Counted from the stretch's first letter, positions 36,555 through 52,730 are shown. The stretch: 64,000 bases of DNA from Eledone cirrhosa (GCA_964016885.1 OZ024741.1:365490001-365554000); one strand, 5' to 3'. Notes: generated by a model not told the origin, from the letters alone. Numbers and translations are program-made.

Positions 36555-37835
36555 TTAACTGTATACTTTGTGAAAAGTTCTATGGAATTTATGCAGGCAG
36601 ATAGAAAACAAATCTGTGCGTCTATTTATTATAGAATCTAGGTTAGAGATAATGGTAAATTTTTCATTTAGGCAGAGATTACAGATTTTAGATAGAGAGC
36701 TGTTCAAGTATGAGGATGCAGAAGAAATCTTCTTCCAAAAGATGGTATATTTAATGTTTTTGTCTTTTAAGGACCATATGAGTTCTGAGAGAGCAGTGTT
36801 AGTTCTTTTAAGTTTGTATTTGAAAGATGAATGATGATTATAGAGACGAGCTTTAAAAGAGGTGGAAGTGGAGCCAAAATAGGTGAAGGAATTGGTGCTA
36901 GTTATAATTTTACATTCATAAATTAAGTTTTTATCGAGACAATGGTTGTTGAGAGGACATTTATTTTTAATGTCGCAGTTGCAATTAGAGAGATTATTAA
37001 TGAGTGATCTAGTGTTATCTATAGAAGGATTGGAGAAGTTGTTTGCGATAGGAATAATAGAATAATAGGATAATAGTTTCTTGATTTAGAGTTGGATTAT
37101 GAACATTTAGCGAAGTTGTGTTTGACGTTGTATTTGGGTTTACAGAAGTTAGCCTAGGGTTTACAATGACGTCGGGAGTACTATTACTGTTATTATGAAA
37201 TTCAATATTGGAAGGAAGAGATTTAGTATTTAGTATTTTATTGTTGTGTTTAGAGATGATGTTGGAAATATTGGAGGATGTAGAATACGAAAATTTGATG
37301 GTGTGTTTGTTAAATATTTTACTATAGATATGTGAGGGAGGGAAGCATTTATTTAAGGCACTAAAAAATAATTTAGGAATATTGTTATTAATAGAGATGG
37401 AGAAAGGAGCATTATACCAGATTATGTTTTTGTATCTAGGTCTTTTATTAAAATTATTGGAATGGTCATGATTAATTATTCTACTGTAAGTTTTTCTAGA
37501 ATTTGTTTCTTTATTATATTTGATTTTATCTGGATAGCCGGCTTTAGAAAGTGCGTTATTATAGTTATTGGCGTTAGCATCAAAGATGTTTTTATTAGAA
37601 GATATGTTAGATATTCTATTTTCAATATTATTAACTATAGCATTCTTGATATTGGTAGGATGGTTAGATTTAAAGTTAACATAATTAAGGTTCTCATTGT
37701 TTTTATGGTAAGGGTAATATAGGCCAGTGTCAAGATTAAGAGATACATCCAAGAAATTAGCTAGTTTGATACTATTATCAAATTCAATTTTTAGGTTATG
37801 TTGGTTAAAGAGATTACGTATATTGTTCTTAATAA
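36555..37835 (-). pseudogene. PLE RT C-terminus, linker and GIY-YIG, frameshifted
   Basis: [83 protein letters not shown]. Confidence 0.9.
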
Positions 37836-37845
37836 TATTATATAA

Positions 37846-37891
<46 letters not shown>

Positions 37892-37929
37892 GTATATATA
37901 TATATACGTATATATATATATATATATAC

Positions 37930-37971
<42 letters not shown>

Positions 37972-38010
37972 GTATATATATATATTTATATATATATATG
38001 TATATATATA

Positions 38011-38042
<32 letters not shown>

Positions 38043-38226
38043 TAATACAATAACAGAGATAGTTTAAAGCTAAACTCTGACTGGTAACCATCTCACTCAA
38101 CAAACATTAGGTTATATTTAAATATAAACCCAATTTAAGTGTTTGGGGTGCTAACAATATGTATAATGTGGAAAAACAAGTTGTATTATTTTATGAGATA
38201 TAATTAAAGTTAAAGTACATCTCTCT

Positions 38227-38351
38227 TTCCAAACAATTGTTTCATTATAAGTTTTCTACAAGTTGGGAGAATATTTCCAGTTTATCTAGAAGCATAATAT
38301 ATATTCATGTAAGAATATATTTAGGTGGGCGCTTATAAATCATCAGTGGAA
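38227..38351 (-). ncRNA. Type I hammerhead with ~95-nt stem II domain, family F
   Basis: Minus strand: TTCCA-CTGATGA-t-TTATAAG...CTTATAA-t-GAAA-CAATTG-TT-TGGAA. Palindromic stem III. Lies in a ~750-bp non-coding island (38041-38796) between (TA)n tracts. Confidence 0.72.
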
Positions 38352-38796
38352 GCCCATTAAACTTTGATATAAGAAAGAAATTTTTACCGCAGTCAAAAAT
38401 AGTGTCTGTTAAGTTGCTCCTTCTCGCATCGAATGACCGCAAAATTTGAATTCCAGCAGTTTTTGACTGAGGAAGTATTATAGTGACACGTAGCGGGAAG
38501 GGGAGACAACTACGATCCACGAAAGGAGGAAAAAAATAATATACACGCGGGTTAATTACTTTTTTCGAAAACATTATCAATCCAACGTGTTAAGAACTCA
38601 ATTGAAAATAAAAAAATAAATATATGCGTGTATAAATTACACACGCATATAGATATTTTCTTAGGCTAAAATCAGAAGTTGTACCCGAATAAGAACCGCA
38701 TCTCATAACCGCAGTAAATGCAGAAAGTCATGCTTTAAAGGGCAAATGGGAATGCAAATCTCCGGCCGAATTAAGAGTAAAATACAAAACACACAC

Positions 38797-40108
<1,312 letters not shown>

Positions 40109-40297
40109 TGTAGATAAATCTACCAAGAGTTTACGGTAGTGTCCAATCCGTATGAAGAACTCAATGTATTCCGGATATCATGGAAAGAAGAGATGTAATG
40201 AAAATCCAATTTCGGTGAAAGATAAACGGTATACAGAGTCAAGATAAAATATTAAACAAATAATGAACAAACAATTCCTTATATTAAACAAAAAAAG

Positions 40298-40452
40298 TTC
40301 ACTATTTAACGATCGTTTCTAGGGCATATATGTGCTATAATTGGTATGCATATTTAACAGATCTATGTACAAAATTATACAAAATTATACAAATTATCAA
40401 GATTAAATATACATACCTAACTCATATATACGCCGTCCTCAGAAATAATGAA
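40298..40452 (-). ncRNA. Type I hammerhead with ~115-nt stem II, family E
   Basis: Reverse complement of 48067-48221. Confidence 0.78.
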
Positions 40453-41221
40453 GTATATTTATTGATAATAACAACAATTCAAAATATCAGTTCAAAATTG
40501 ACCAATGAAAACACAAAGGGTTAAAAAGCAGTTTGGTGTGTGTATATACATGTAAAACCCTACACACATTTTACAATAATGTGTGTATAATATGTATGTG
40601 CATACTAAAAAGATGGATGCAAATAAAAAATTTCAAGGTTAATATCTCTGTAAGCTTAATGCGCTGATAAGATACGCAATGATACTTATGTAGTCAAGCA
40701 TATAAATATATTTTTTTCATACTCACACATATCAGTATAATCACACATACATGTGCGTATATATATAAATATACACATAACCACGAACACACAAACACAC
40801 ACCCACCCCCCACTCACATTTATATATGTGGATATAAAATCATAAGCAAATAGAAATTAAGTCACTCACATAAACACACTGGTACACACATTTCAAGATC
40901 AAGATACAGAAATTAGGTGGGAGGGGGGGGGAGGGGTCAGTATTAGGTTGTCAGACCAGACAGCCTAATATAAATGTATCTATAAATTATGAAAAATAAA
41001 AAAATAAAAACAATAAAATATATTACATATAATATAATGTACATACGCATACAGATATACATACACATACATACATGTACGCGCACATAGAGATATCTAC
41101 ACATACATACATACACACATACCTATACTGTCATACACACACATACATTTACACGAACATACACATACACATATAAAAAGATAAAAATACGGACACACAC
41201 ACGCGCAACACATACACACAT

Positions 41222-41266
<45 letters not shown>

Positions 41267-41377
41267 TATACACACACACACATAGACTCATATATATATA
41301 CATACACATACATATACTTATACATAAACATATATATCCCACACTCATACCACCATGAAAACACATACAAACATCCA

Positions 41378-41428
<51 letters not shown>

Positions 41429-41520
41429 ATACACACACGTACACATATATGCATATATACATACATATATACACACATACACATATATATATATACACAC
41501 ACACATAAAATACAGACATG

Positions 41521-41551
<31 letters not shown>

Positions 41552-41647
41552 TTCATTACCCTTATATATACACATAGTATATATACATACACAACCTCAC
41601 TTATACACATATACACATAAGTTATATTACAATAATAATAAAGAATA

Positions 41648-41678
<31 letters not shown>

Positions 41679-41817
41679 TATACACACATATACACATATA
41701 CATACATACACATACATATACATACATACATACACATACATACATACACTTAAATATAAACATATATAAATACACACATACGAATAAAGACATATATTCA
41801 CACATAGACACCTATAT

Positions 41818-41865
<48 letters not shown>

Positions 41866-41952
41866 ATATACACACACATACACATACATACACATATATA
41901 TATATATACACATATATACACACGCACACACATACAGACACACATACACACT

Positions 41953-41987
<35 letters not shown>

Positions 41988-43674
41988 ATGTGAGTGTGCG
42001 CAAATACATACATATATATACACACACACATACAAACACACACAAACACATACATATGCATACATGCACACACACACACATATATCACATAGATACGAAG
42101 ATAAACATATAAATAGAGAGACATACAAATATATACAAAACCCATATACACATACATGCAAACACGCATATACATATATACATATATACACACATATATA
42201 TTCCTATATACAAGCATACACATACACACACATATATACATATACCTACACATATATATACCACACATTCACATACACGTACATATATAATACCTATATA
42301 CATACATATACATACATATGTATGTACAATCATATATACACACTCAATCTTACATTCATATTTACATGCTCATATATGTATTTTTATATCTAGAAATAAA
42401 TACCAAAAAAACTATATAGACACCCATCTACCCATATATTCATACATATACACTTACAAAAACAGATGATAATAGTATGGGGGAAAGGGGGGGGTTTGGA
42501 GAAGGGGATCAAAGTAAATATATGTTTCAAGAAACCTATAATATTTTCCATATCTTAATTCAATGTATGTTCTTACATATTTTCAATGCTAGGAAATACG
42601 AAATCTATGCATCACAAAATAAAAAAGTATACCATTAATCATATGTCAACTAAACCAAAGATAGTCAACATATTGATTTCCAAGGTGTAAATTAGTTAGG
42701 TTTATAATATTTGAAGCAGAATTATGAAGTCAAACAGTAGTAGATTATTAATTACATTATAACTAAATTAAAGTTAATAATAGGGAAAAGAAACCCAAAT
42801 AAAAATAAAATAAAGTATTACATCGGTAGTAGCATATAAATTATATGTTAACTAAGTTAAAAATTATATATTTATTTCAATAGTATATGTTAATTAGTAT
42901 ATGTTAATTAGGTATACAATACATAAAGCAGATATTGTATTTCATCAATAGCATAATATAATTATATGCAAATAAAAATCAAAATTAATACGCATACACA
43001 TACATATACATACACATACACATACATATACATATACATACACATATATATATATATATATATACATATATATACACACATACATACATATATAGTCACA
43101 TAAATATACATACAGATACACATACAATACACACATATACATATACATATAGATATACATATCTTTTTCAAAAAATTTGCACAGAATATATTAACTAGGT
43201 ATATATCCAAAAACACCTCCCATTCTATGATTACATGAAATTCTGCAATTCGTCTGTACAAGGATACTAATTTTAAGCAAATTAAAATTAAAATTAAAGT
43301 TTTAGGTTGATTAAAGCTAAAACCAAATAATAAATATATTTCCAAAATGTATATTAATTAGGTCAATAATACTAAAAATTCTTTCTCCGTCATAGGATAC
43401 ATGATATTATTTTGTTATATTTTATCTGTAAAAGAATTATAATAAAAAAAATTTTATAATAAAAGGTTAAACTAAATTAAAAAATTATAATAAAAGGTTA
43501 AAATAAGTTAAAATTAATCTATAAATTAAATTACTGAATATATATTAGTAATATTTAAAGGTTTTTCAAAATTAATGATTACATAATATTTTCTCATCTG
43601 TAATAAAATATTAATTAAATTAAATTTATAGGTTAACTAACATTTAAATTAAATTAAATTCTAGAATAATGTTA

Positions 43675-45606
43675 TTAATTAGGTTTATAATATTTAAATG
43701 TTTTTTTTAGTTTATGATTACACGATATAATTAATTCCTGTCTTTTATTTAATAAGATATCCCTAGACTTCATTATTTCAAATAGTTCTTGGGAACATAA
43801 TCTACATTCCTTTCTATTATTTTGATAAGGGGTGGCTCTTTTGAGCACACTCCAGGTCAAATCATATTTTATATTTTTATTTTTATAACTATTGATTTTT
43901 TCTGCTAGAGATGTTGTATTAGCCAGTGCGGCATTTTTAAAGCTATGTTTGTGGGTATTATACCTTGTCTTAAAATTGTTAGAGGTAGCTCCTATATATG
44001 AGCAAATAGAATCTTTAGTTTTAACATTACATTTATAGACTATGTTGTTAACAAGACAATTCCCTTTTAATGGGCAGTTTGTTTTGTTTCTACAGTTACA
44101 TCCTTTCGTTAATTCTGTATTTGAGGAGATATTATTGTTAATTTGATGTACTGGTGGTATACTTATAGTTTTCTTACATTTATATGCATTATATGCACTT
44201 ATATTTTGTTTTATGTTATTTGTTGTAGAATATGAGAATTTAACTGTAGACCTATTTAAGATTTGATGGTATTTGTGGTTTGGCGGGAAGTTTTTCTCAA
44301 GGATATAAAAAAATTTTTTAGCAATATTATCCTTAACTTGTAAATTAAAAGGAGCATTATACCAAGTAACTCGTCTATTACGGTTTCTATGTTGTTTATT
44401 ATTTTTATTATTTTTATATGTTGTATCATGATTTTTACTAGGAGGAATAATGTTAATGATCTCACCACAACTATTTTTAGTTATATTTGTAGATTTAGGT
44501 GTTTTATCTTTTTTATTAGGAGTTTTATTATTAATATTTATTATAGTCTTATGATGAGTAGTTTTTTGAGGGTTACTATACTTTATATTAGAAGATTTAG
44601 TATTTTGGGGTATACTGTGGGTGGCATTTAGGTGTGTACCTTTCATTTGGTGTTTGTTGGTAATATTATGCTGTATGTTTTCAGTATTTTTAGTAGAAGT
44701 TATATACTCTAATCTATTTTTGTGGCCACTTCTATCTAGAGCTTCATTATAAAAGGTCGCATTTTTATCAAATACATCTTGGTTAGAAGAAAGGTTAGAA
44801 ATTCTAAGTGATATATTATATGCAAGGTTTTTAAGGATAGATTTAGGGTGATTAGATTGTGAGTGTATGTAATGTAAGTTTTGGTTAGGTTTATGGTAAG
44901 GTTGGTATATACCCGTAGCTAAATCTAAAGTTATATCTAGGAAATTTACTACTTTACTTGTTTTTTCAAAAGTAATATTAAGATTATAATAGTCCTTAAG
45001 GAAAGTTCTAATATGCTTTTTGTTTTTTTCGATTTCTGAAAGGCTAAGGTTGTTAGAAAGAAGAAGACAGTCATCACGATATAAACCACCTTTGAGGTGG
45101 GGAAAAGAGGCATTTATGTTGAAAAGGAGAAAGAGGCCCACAAGATCAGTAATTTGGGCAGAATCGCTTGAACCCATAGTAATATCAAAAAGATTACTAT
45201 AAGTGTTTCTGGTCCAGTATTCATTCTGAAATTCAATAAGTGTTTGTCTAGCATGTGTAATAATGTTAATGTCATCCGAAGTTAAATTAGATCTATTTTT
45301 AGCAAATATTAATGCTTTGTTCAGGAGTATGGGTGATATAGAAGAATAATAGTTATCTATATCAAACTGTAGGAAAGAAGCAGAAGATTTACACCTAATA
45401 TTTTTAAACCAATTAATTACCTGGGAGGTGTTTTCCCAGAGTGGTAAAATAACGTATTTTCTTATTTGTGGGATGACTCTATCTAAAATTTTTTTGCTAA
45501 TTATTCCAATATCTGATTTGGAGGGACATATAAGTCTAATAGAAGGATTAGAGTTAAAATTAGATTTGTGATCTTTCAGGTTGAAGTGTGGACTTCTCAA
45601 TGCCAA
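43675..45606 (-). CDS. 5'-truncated but uninterrupted PLE RT/GIY-YIG ORF (family E)
   Basis: Open from LALRSPHFNLKDHK through QFDI..YYSSI, MGSSDSAQ, GLYRDD, CNCRNKTNCPLKGNC, IVYKC..YIGAT, CRLCSQE and LNKRQE to the stop. The first residues in the ORF track come from the inversion junction. Confidence 0.9.
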   Translation of the reverse strand: MALRSPHFNLKDHKSNFNSNPSIRLICPSKSDIGIISKKILDRVIPQIRKYVILPLWENTSQVINWFKNIRCKSSASFLQFDIDNYYSSISPILLNKALIFAKNRSNLTSDDINIITHARQTLIEFQNEYWTRNTYSNLFDITMGSSDSAQITDLVGLFLLFNINASFPHLKGGLYRDDCLLLSNNLSLSEIEKNKKHIRTFLKDYYNLNITFEKTSKVVNFLDITLDLATGIYQPYHKPNQNLHYIHSQSNHPKSILKNLAYNISLRISNLSSNQDVFDKNATFYNEALDRSGHKNRLEYITSTKNTENIQHNITNKHQMKGTHLNATHSIPQNTKSSNIKYSNPQKTTHHKTIININNKTPNKKDKTPKSTNITKNSCGEIINIIPPSKNHDTTYKNNKNNKQHRNRNRRVTWYNAPFNLQVKDNIAKKFFYILEKNFPPNHKYHQILNRSTVKFSYSTTNNIKQNISAYNAYKCKKTISIPPVHQINNNISSNTELTKGCNCRNKTNCPLKGNCLVNNIVYKCNVKTKDSICSYIGATSNNFKTRYNTHKHSFKNAALANTTSLAEKINSYKNKNIKYDLTWSVLKRATPYQNNRKECRLCSQELFEIMKSRDILLNKRQELIISCNHKLKKTFKYYKPN

Positions 45607-46537
45607 AGTATACCTAATTAACATATACTAATTAACATATACTATTGAAATAAATATATAATTTTTAACTTAGTTAACATATAATTTATATGCTACTACC
45701 GATGTAATACTTTATTTTATTTTTATTTGGGTTTCTTTTCCCTATTATTAACTTTAATTTAGTTATAATGTAATTAATAATCTACTACTGTTTGACTTCA
45801 TAATTCTGCTTCAAATATTATAAACCTAACTAATTTACACCTTGGAAATCAATATGTTGACTATCTTTGGTTTAGTTGACATATGATTAATGGTATACTT
45901 TTTTATTTTGTGATGCATAGATTTCGTATTTCCTAGCATTGAAAATATGTAAGAACATACATTGAATTAAGATATGGAAAATATTATAGGTTTCTTGAAA
46001 CATATATTTACTTTGATCCCCTTCTCCAAACCCCCCCCTTTCCCCCATACTATTATCATCTGTTTTTGTAAGTGTATATGTATGAATATATGGGTAGATG
46101 GGTGTCTATATAGTTTTTTTGGTATTTATTTCTAGATATAAAAATACATATATGAGCATGTAAATATGAATGTAAGATTGAGTGTGTATATATGATTGTA
46201 CATACATATGTATGTATATGTATGTATATAGGTATTATATATGTACGTGTATGTGAATGTGTGGTATATATATGTGTAGGTATATGTATATATGTGTGTG
46301 TATGTGTATGCTTGTATATAGGAATATATATGTGTGTATATATGTATATATGTATATGCGTGTTTGCATGTATGTGTATATGGGTTTTGTATATATTTGT
46401 ATGTCTCTCTATTTATATGTTTATCTTCGTATCTATGTGATATATGTGTGTGTGTGTGCATGTATGCATATGTATGTGTTTGTGTGTGTTTGTATGTGTG
46501 TGTGTATATATATGTATGTATTTGCGCACACTCACAT

Positions 46538-46572
<35 letters not shown>

Positions 46573-46659
46573 AGTGTGTATGTGTGTCTGTATGTGTGTG
46601 CGTGTGTATATATGTGTATATATATATATATGTGTATGTATGTGTATGTGTGTGTATAT

Positions 46660-46701
<42 letters not shown>

Positions 46702-46840
46702 ATATAGGTGTCTATGTGTGAATATATGTCTTTATTCGTATGTGTGTATTTATATATGTTTATATTTAAGTGTATGTATGTATGTGTATGTATGTATGTA
46801 TATGTATGTGTATGTATGTATATGTGTATATGTGTGTATA

Positions 46841-46871
<31 letters not shown>

Positions 46872-46967
46872 TATTCTTTATTATTATTGTAATATAACTT
46901 ATGTGTATATGTGTATAAGTGAGGTTGTGTATGTATATATACTATGTGTATATATAAGGGTAATGAA

Positions 46968-46998
<31 letters not shown>

Positions 46999-47090
46999 CA
47001 TGTCTGTATTTTATGTGTGTGTGTATATATATATATGTGTATGTGTGTATATATGTATGTATATATGCATATATGTGTACGTGTGTGTAT

Positions 47091-47141
<51 letters not shown>

Positions 47142-47252
47142 TGGATGTTTGTATGTGTTTTCATGGTGGTATGAGTGTGGGATATATATGTTTATGTATA
47201 AGTATATGTATGTGTATGTATATATATATGAGTCTATGTGTGTGTGTGTATA

Positions 47253-47297
<45 letters not shown>

Positions 47298-48066
47298 ATG
47301 TGTGTATGTGTTGCGCGTGTGTGTGTCCGTATTTTTATCTTTTTATATGTGTATGTGTATGTTCGTGTAAATGTATGTGTGTGTATGACAGTATAGGTAT
47401 GTGTGTATGTATGTATGTGTAGATATCTCTATGTGCGCGTACATGTATGTATGTGTATGTATATCTGTATGCGTATGTACATTATATTATATGTAATATA
47501 TTTTATTGTTTTTATTTTTTTATTTTTCATAATTTATAGATACATTTATATTAGGCTGTCTGGTCTGACAACCTAATACTGACCCCTCCCCCCCCCTCCC
47601 ACCTAATTTCTGTATCTTGATCTTGAAATGTGTGTACCAGTGTGTTTATGTGAGTGACTTAATTTCTATTTGCTTATGATTTTATATCCACATATATAAA
47701 TGTGAGTGGGGGGTGGGTGTGTGTTTGTGTGTTCGTGGTTATGTGTATATTTATATATATACGCACATGTATGTGTGATTATACTGATATGTGTGAGTAT
47801 GAAAAAAATATATTTATATGCTTGACTACATAAGTATCATTGCGTATCTTATCAGCGCATTAAGCTTACAGAGATATTAACCTTGAAATTTTTTATTTGC
47901 ATCCATCTTTTTAGTATGCACATACATATTATACACACATTATTGTAAAATGTGTGTAGGGTTTTACATGTATATACACACACCAAACTGCTTTTTAACC
48001 CTTTGTGTTTTCATTGGTCAATTTTGAACTGATATTTTGAATTGTTGTTATTATCAATAAATATAC

Positions 48067-48221
48067 TTCATTATTTCTGAGGACGGCGTATATATGAGTT
48101 AGGTATGTATATTTAATCTTGATAATTTGTATAATTTTGTATAATTTTGTACATAGATCTGTTAAATATGCATACCAATTATAGCACATATATGCCCTAG
48201 AAACGATCGTTAAATAGTGAA
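48067..48221 (+). ncRNA. Type I hammerhead with ~115-nt stem II, family E
   Basis: TTCATTATTT-CTGAGGA-c-GGCGTATAT..GGTATGTATATTTAA..TTAAATATGCATACC..ATATATGCC-cta-GAAA-CGATCG-TT-AAATAGTGAA. 10-bp stem I; predicted GUU site after 48211. Confidence 0.78.
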
Positions 48222-48564
48222 CTTTTTTTGTTTAATATAAGGAATTGTTTGTTCATTATTTGTTTAATATTTTATCTTGACTCTGTATACCGTTTATCTT
48301 TCACCGAAATTGGATTTTCATTACATCCCTTCTTTCCATGATATCCGGAATACATTGAGTTCTTCATACGGATTGGACACTACCGTAAACTCTTGGTAGA
48401 TTTATCTACATAATTTTGCTCCTATTTTCACGGAAATATTCGTATTTTTGTACTGTATGTGTGTATTAATTTTATATTTATGTATATACATATATATATG
48501 TATGATTTTGTAAACCCATATACATTTAGTTGAGCTCTTTCAATTGTCCATCATCCATATCACA

Positions 48565-51008
48565 ATGGAAAAACAATATTTAGGAACCTCCTTAAAAAAC
48601 ATACCAATACCTTCTAAGGACGACTTCTTACTCCTTATGATTCAGAAAACTAATAATTTTATCAGAAGGGTTAGATGGAGAGCCTACCACTTTGATAGAA
48701 AATCTAAACAAGCAGATCGGAAATATATGTATGATTTCAACACTTACAAGAATCCACCACACAACTTTTTACTTGAAGACTTCGAGAAAGACCTTTTTAA
48801 TTTAATTAAACACCTCAAATTTAAAAAGTATAAATCCGTCTTTCAAAAGGACCTTGATTCTACCCTATTGGACCTAAAAAAGTCTAAAAAAATCCATGTC
48901 CACTCGGACAAAACTGGTAACTTGTATCATATGGATATTGAACATTATAATGAGTTCATATATAAAGAACTCAGAAAAAGTTATAAAAAATCTAATAATG
49001 CGTCACTCACCAACATCAACAACAAAACACACAACATAGTAAAAAAACTAAATATTGAAGATAGAACTGAACCTTTGGCATTGAGAAGTCCACACTTCAA
49101 CCTGAAAGATCACAAATCTAATTTTAACTCTAATCCTTCTATTAGACTTATATGTCCCTCCAAATCAGATATTGGAATAATTAGCAAAAAAATTTTAGAT
49201 AGAGTCATCCCACAAATAAGAAAATACGTTATTTTACCACTCTGGGAAAACACCTCCCAGGTAATTAATTGGTTTAAAAATATTAGGTGTAAATCTTCTG
49301 CTTCTTTCCTACAGTTTGATATAGATAACTATTATTCTTCTATATCACCCATACTCCTGAACAAAGCATTAATATTTGCTAAAAATAGATCTAATTTAAC
49401 TTCGGATGACATTAACATTATTACACATGCTAGACAAACACTTATTGAATTTCAGAATGAATACTGGACCAGAAACACTTATAGTAATCTTTTTGATATT
49501 ACTATGGGTTCAAGCGATTCTGCCCAAATTACTGATCTTGTGGGCCTCTTTCTCCTTTTCAACATAAATGCCTCTTTTCCCCACCTCAAAGGTGGTTTAT
49601 ATCGTGATGACTGTCTTCTTCTTTCTAACAACCTTAGCCTTTCAGAAATCGAAAAAAACAAAAAGCATATTAGAACTTTCCTTAAGGACTATTATAATCT
49701 TAATATTACTTTTGAAAAAACAAGTAAAGTAGTAAATTTCCTAGATATAACTTTAGATTTAGCTACGGGTATATACCAACCTTACCATAAACCTAACCAA
49801 AACTTACATTACATACACTCACAATCTAATCACCCTAAATCTATCCTTAAAAACCTTGCATATAATATATCACTTAGAATTTCTAACCTTTCTTCTAACC
49901 AAGATGTATTTGATAAAAATGCGACCTTTTATAATGAAGCTCTAGATAGAAGTGGCCACAAAAATAGATTAGAGTATATAACTTCTACTAAAAATACTGA
50001 AAACATACAGCATAATATTACCAACAAACACCAAATGAAAGGTACACACCTAAATGCCACCCACAGTATACCCCAAAATACTAAATCTTCTAATATAAAG
50101 TATAGTAACCCTCAAAAAACTACTCATCATAAGACTATAATAAATATTAATAATAAAACTCCTAATAAAAAAGATAAAACACCTAAATCTACAAATATAA
50201 CTAAAAATAGTTGTGGTGAGATCATTAACATTATTCCTCCTAGTAAAAATCATGATACAACATATAAAAATAATAAAAATAATAAACAACATAGAAACCG
50301 TAATAGACGAGTTACTTGGTATAATGCTCCTTTTAATTTACAAGTTAAGGATAATATTGCTAAAAAAAATTTTTTTATATCCTTGAGAAAAACTTCCCGC
50401 CAAACCACAAATACCATCAAATCTTAAATAGGTCTACAGTTAAATTCTCATATTCTACAACAAATAACATAAAACAAAATATAAGTGCATATAATGCATA
50501 TAAATGTAAGAAAACTATAAGTATACCACCAGTACATCAAATTAACAATAATATCTCCTCAAATACAGAATTAACGAAAGGATGTAACTGTAGAAACAAA
50601 ACAAACTGCCCATTAAAAGGGAATTGTCTTGTTAACAACATAGTCTATAAATGTAATGTTAAAACTAAAGATTCTATTTGCTCATATATAGGAGCTACCT
50701 CTAACAATTTTAAGACAAGGTATAATACCCACAAACATAGCTTTAAAAATGCCGCACTGGCTAATACAACATCTCTAGCAGAAAAAATCAATAGTTATAA
50801 AAATAAAAATATAAAATATGATTTGACCTGGAGTGTGCTCAAAAGAGCCACCCCTTATCAAAATAATAGAAAGGAATGTAGATTATGTTCCCAAGAACTA
50901 TTTGAAATAATGAAGTCTAGGGATATCTTATTAAATAAAAGACAGGAATTAATTATATCGTGTAATCATAAACTAAAAAAAACATTTAAATATTATAAAC
51001 CTAATTAA
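48565..51008 (+). CDS. Full-length PLE (Naiad-like) RT/GIY-YIG polyprotein, ~813 aa, with one +2 frameshift in an A-run
   Basis: Starts MEKQYLGTSLKNIPIPSK. The only lesion seen is A8 at 50362-50369, which is A6 in the inverted copy. All RT and endonuclease motifs are present. Confidence 0.92.
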
Positions 51009-52695
51009 TAACATTATTCTAGAATTTAATTTAATTTAAATGTTAGTTAACCTATAAATTTAATTTAATTAATATTTTATTACAGATGAGAAAATATTAT
51101 GTAATCATTAATTTTGAAAAACCTTTAAATATTACTAATATATATTCAGTAATTTAATTTATAGATTAATTTTAACTTATTTTAACCTTTTATTATAATT
51201 TTTTAATTTAGTTTAACCTTTTATTATAAAATTTTTTTTATTATAATTCTTTTACAGATAAAATATAACAAAATAATATCATGTATCCTATGACGGAGAA
51301 AGAATTTTTAGTATTATTGACCTAATTAATATACATTTTGGAAATATATTTATTATTTGGTTTTAGCTTTAATCAACCTAAAACTTTAATTTTAATTTTA
51401 ATTTGCTTAAAATTAGTATCCTTGTACAGACGAATTGCAGAATTTCATGTAATCATAGAATGGGAGGTGTTTTTGGATATATACCTAGTTAATATATTCT
51501 GTGCAAATTTTTTGAAAAAGATATGTATATCTATATGTATATGTATATGTGTGTATTGTATGTGTATCTGTATGTATATTTATGTGACTATATATGTATG
51601 TATGTGTGTATATATATGTATATATATATATATATATATGTGTATGTATATGTATATGTATGTGTATGTGTATGTATATGTATGTGTATGCGTATTAATT
51701 TTGATTTTTATTTGCATATAATTATATTATGCTATTGATGAAATACAATATCTGCTTTATGTATTGTATACCTAATTAACATATACTAATTAACATATAC
51801 TATTGAAATAAATATATAATTTTTAACTTAGTTAACATATAATTTATATGCTACTACCGATGTAATACTTTATTTTATTTTTATTTGGGTTTCTTTTCCC
51901 TATTATTAACTTTAATTTAGTTATAATGTAATTAATAATCTACTACTGTTTGACTTCATAATTCTGCTTCAAATATTATAAACCTAACTAATTTACACCT
52001 TGGAAATCAATATGTTGACTATCTTTGGTTTAGTTGACATATGATTAATGGTATACTTTTTTATTTTGTGATGCATAGATTTCGTATTTCCTAGCATTGA
52101 AAATATGTAAGAACATACATTGAATTAAGATATGGAAAATATTATAGGTTTCTTGAAACATATATTTACTTTGATCCCCTTCTCCAAACCCCCCCCTTTC
52201 CCCCATACTATTATCATCTGTTTTTGTAAGTGTATATGTATGAATATATGGGTAGATGGGTGTCTATATAGTTTTTTTGGTATTTATTTCTAGATATAAA
52301 AATACATATATGAGCATGTAAATATGAATGTAAGATTGTGTGTGTATATATGATTGTACATACATATGTATGTATATGTATGTATATAGGTATTATATAT
52401 GTACGTGTATGTGAATGTGTGGTATATATATGTGTAGGTATATGTATATATGTGTGTGTATGTGTATGCTTGTATATAGGAATATATATGTGTGTATATA
52501 TGTATATATGTATATGCGTGTTTGCATGTATGTGTATATGGGTTTTGTATATATTTGTATGTCTCTCTATTTATATGTTTATCTTCGTATCTATGTGATA
52601 TATGTGTGTGTGTGTGCATGTATGCATATGTATGTGTTTGTGTGTGTTTGTATGTGTGTGTGTATATATATGTATGTATTTGCGCACACTCACAT

Positions 52696-52730
<35 letters not shown>

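Larger units (their letters stand above)
35436..37838 (-). mobile_element. 5'-truncated PLE family A copy (ORF 3' half and 1.1-kb 3'UTR/pLTR)
   Basis: Links the family A pLTR to a PLE ORF; (TA)n on both sides. Confidence 0.9.

Noticed and set aside
48565-51008. Possible selenocysteine recoding, reported for some Naiad PLEs
   Set aside because: Cys motifs in families A, D and E are encoded as Cys, and the family E ORF has no in-frame TGA.
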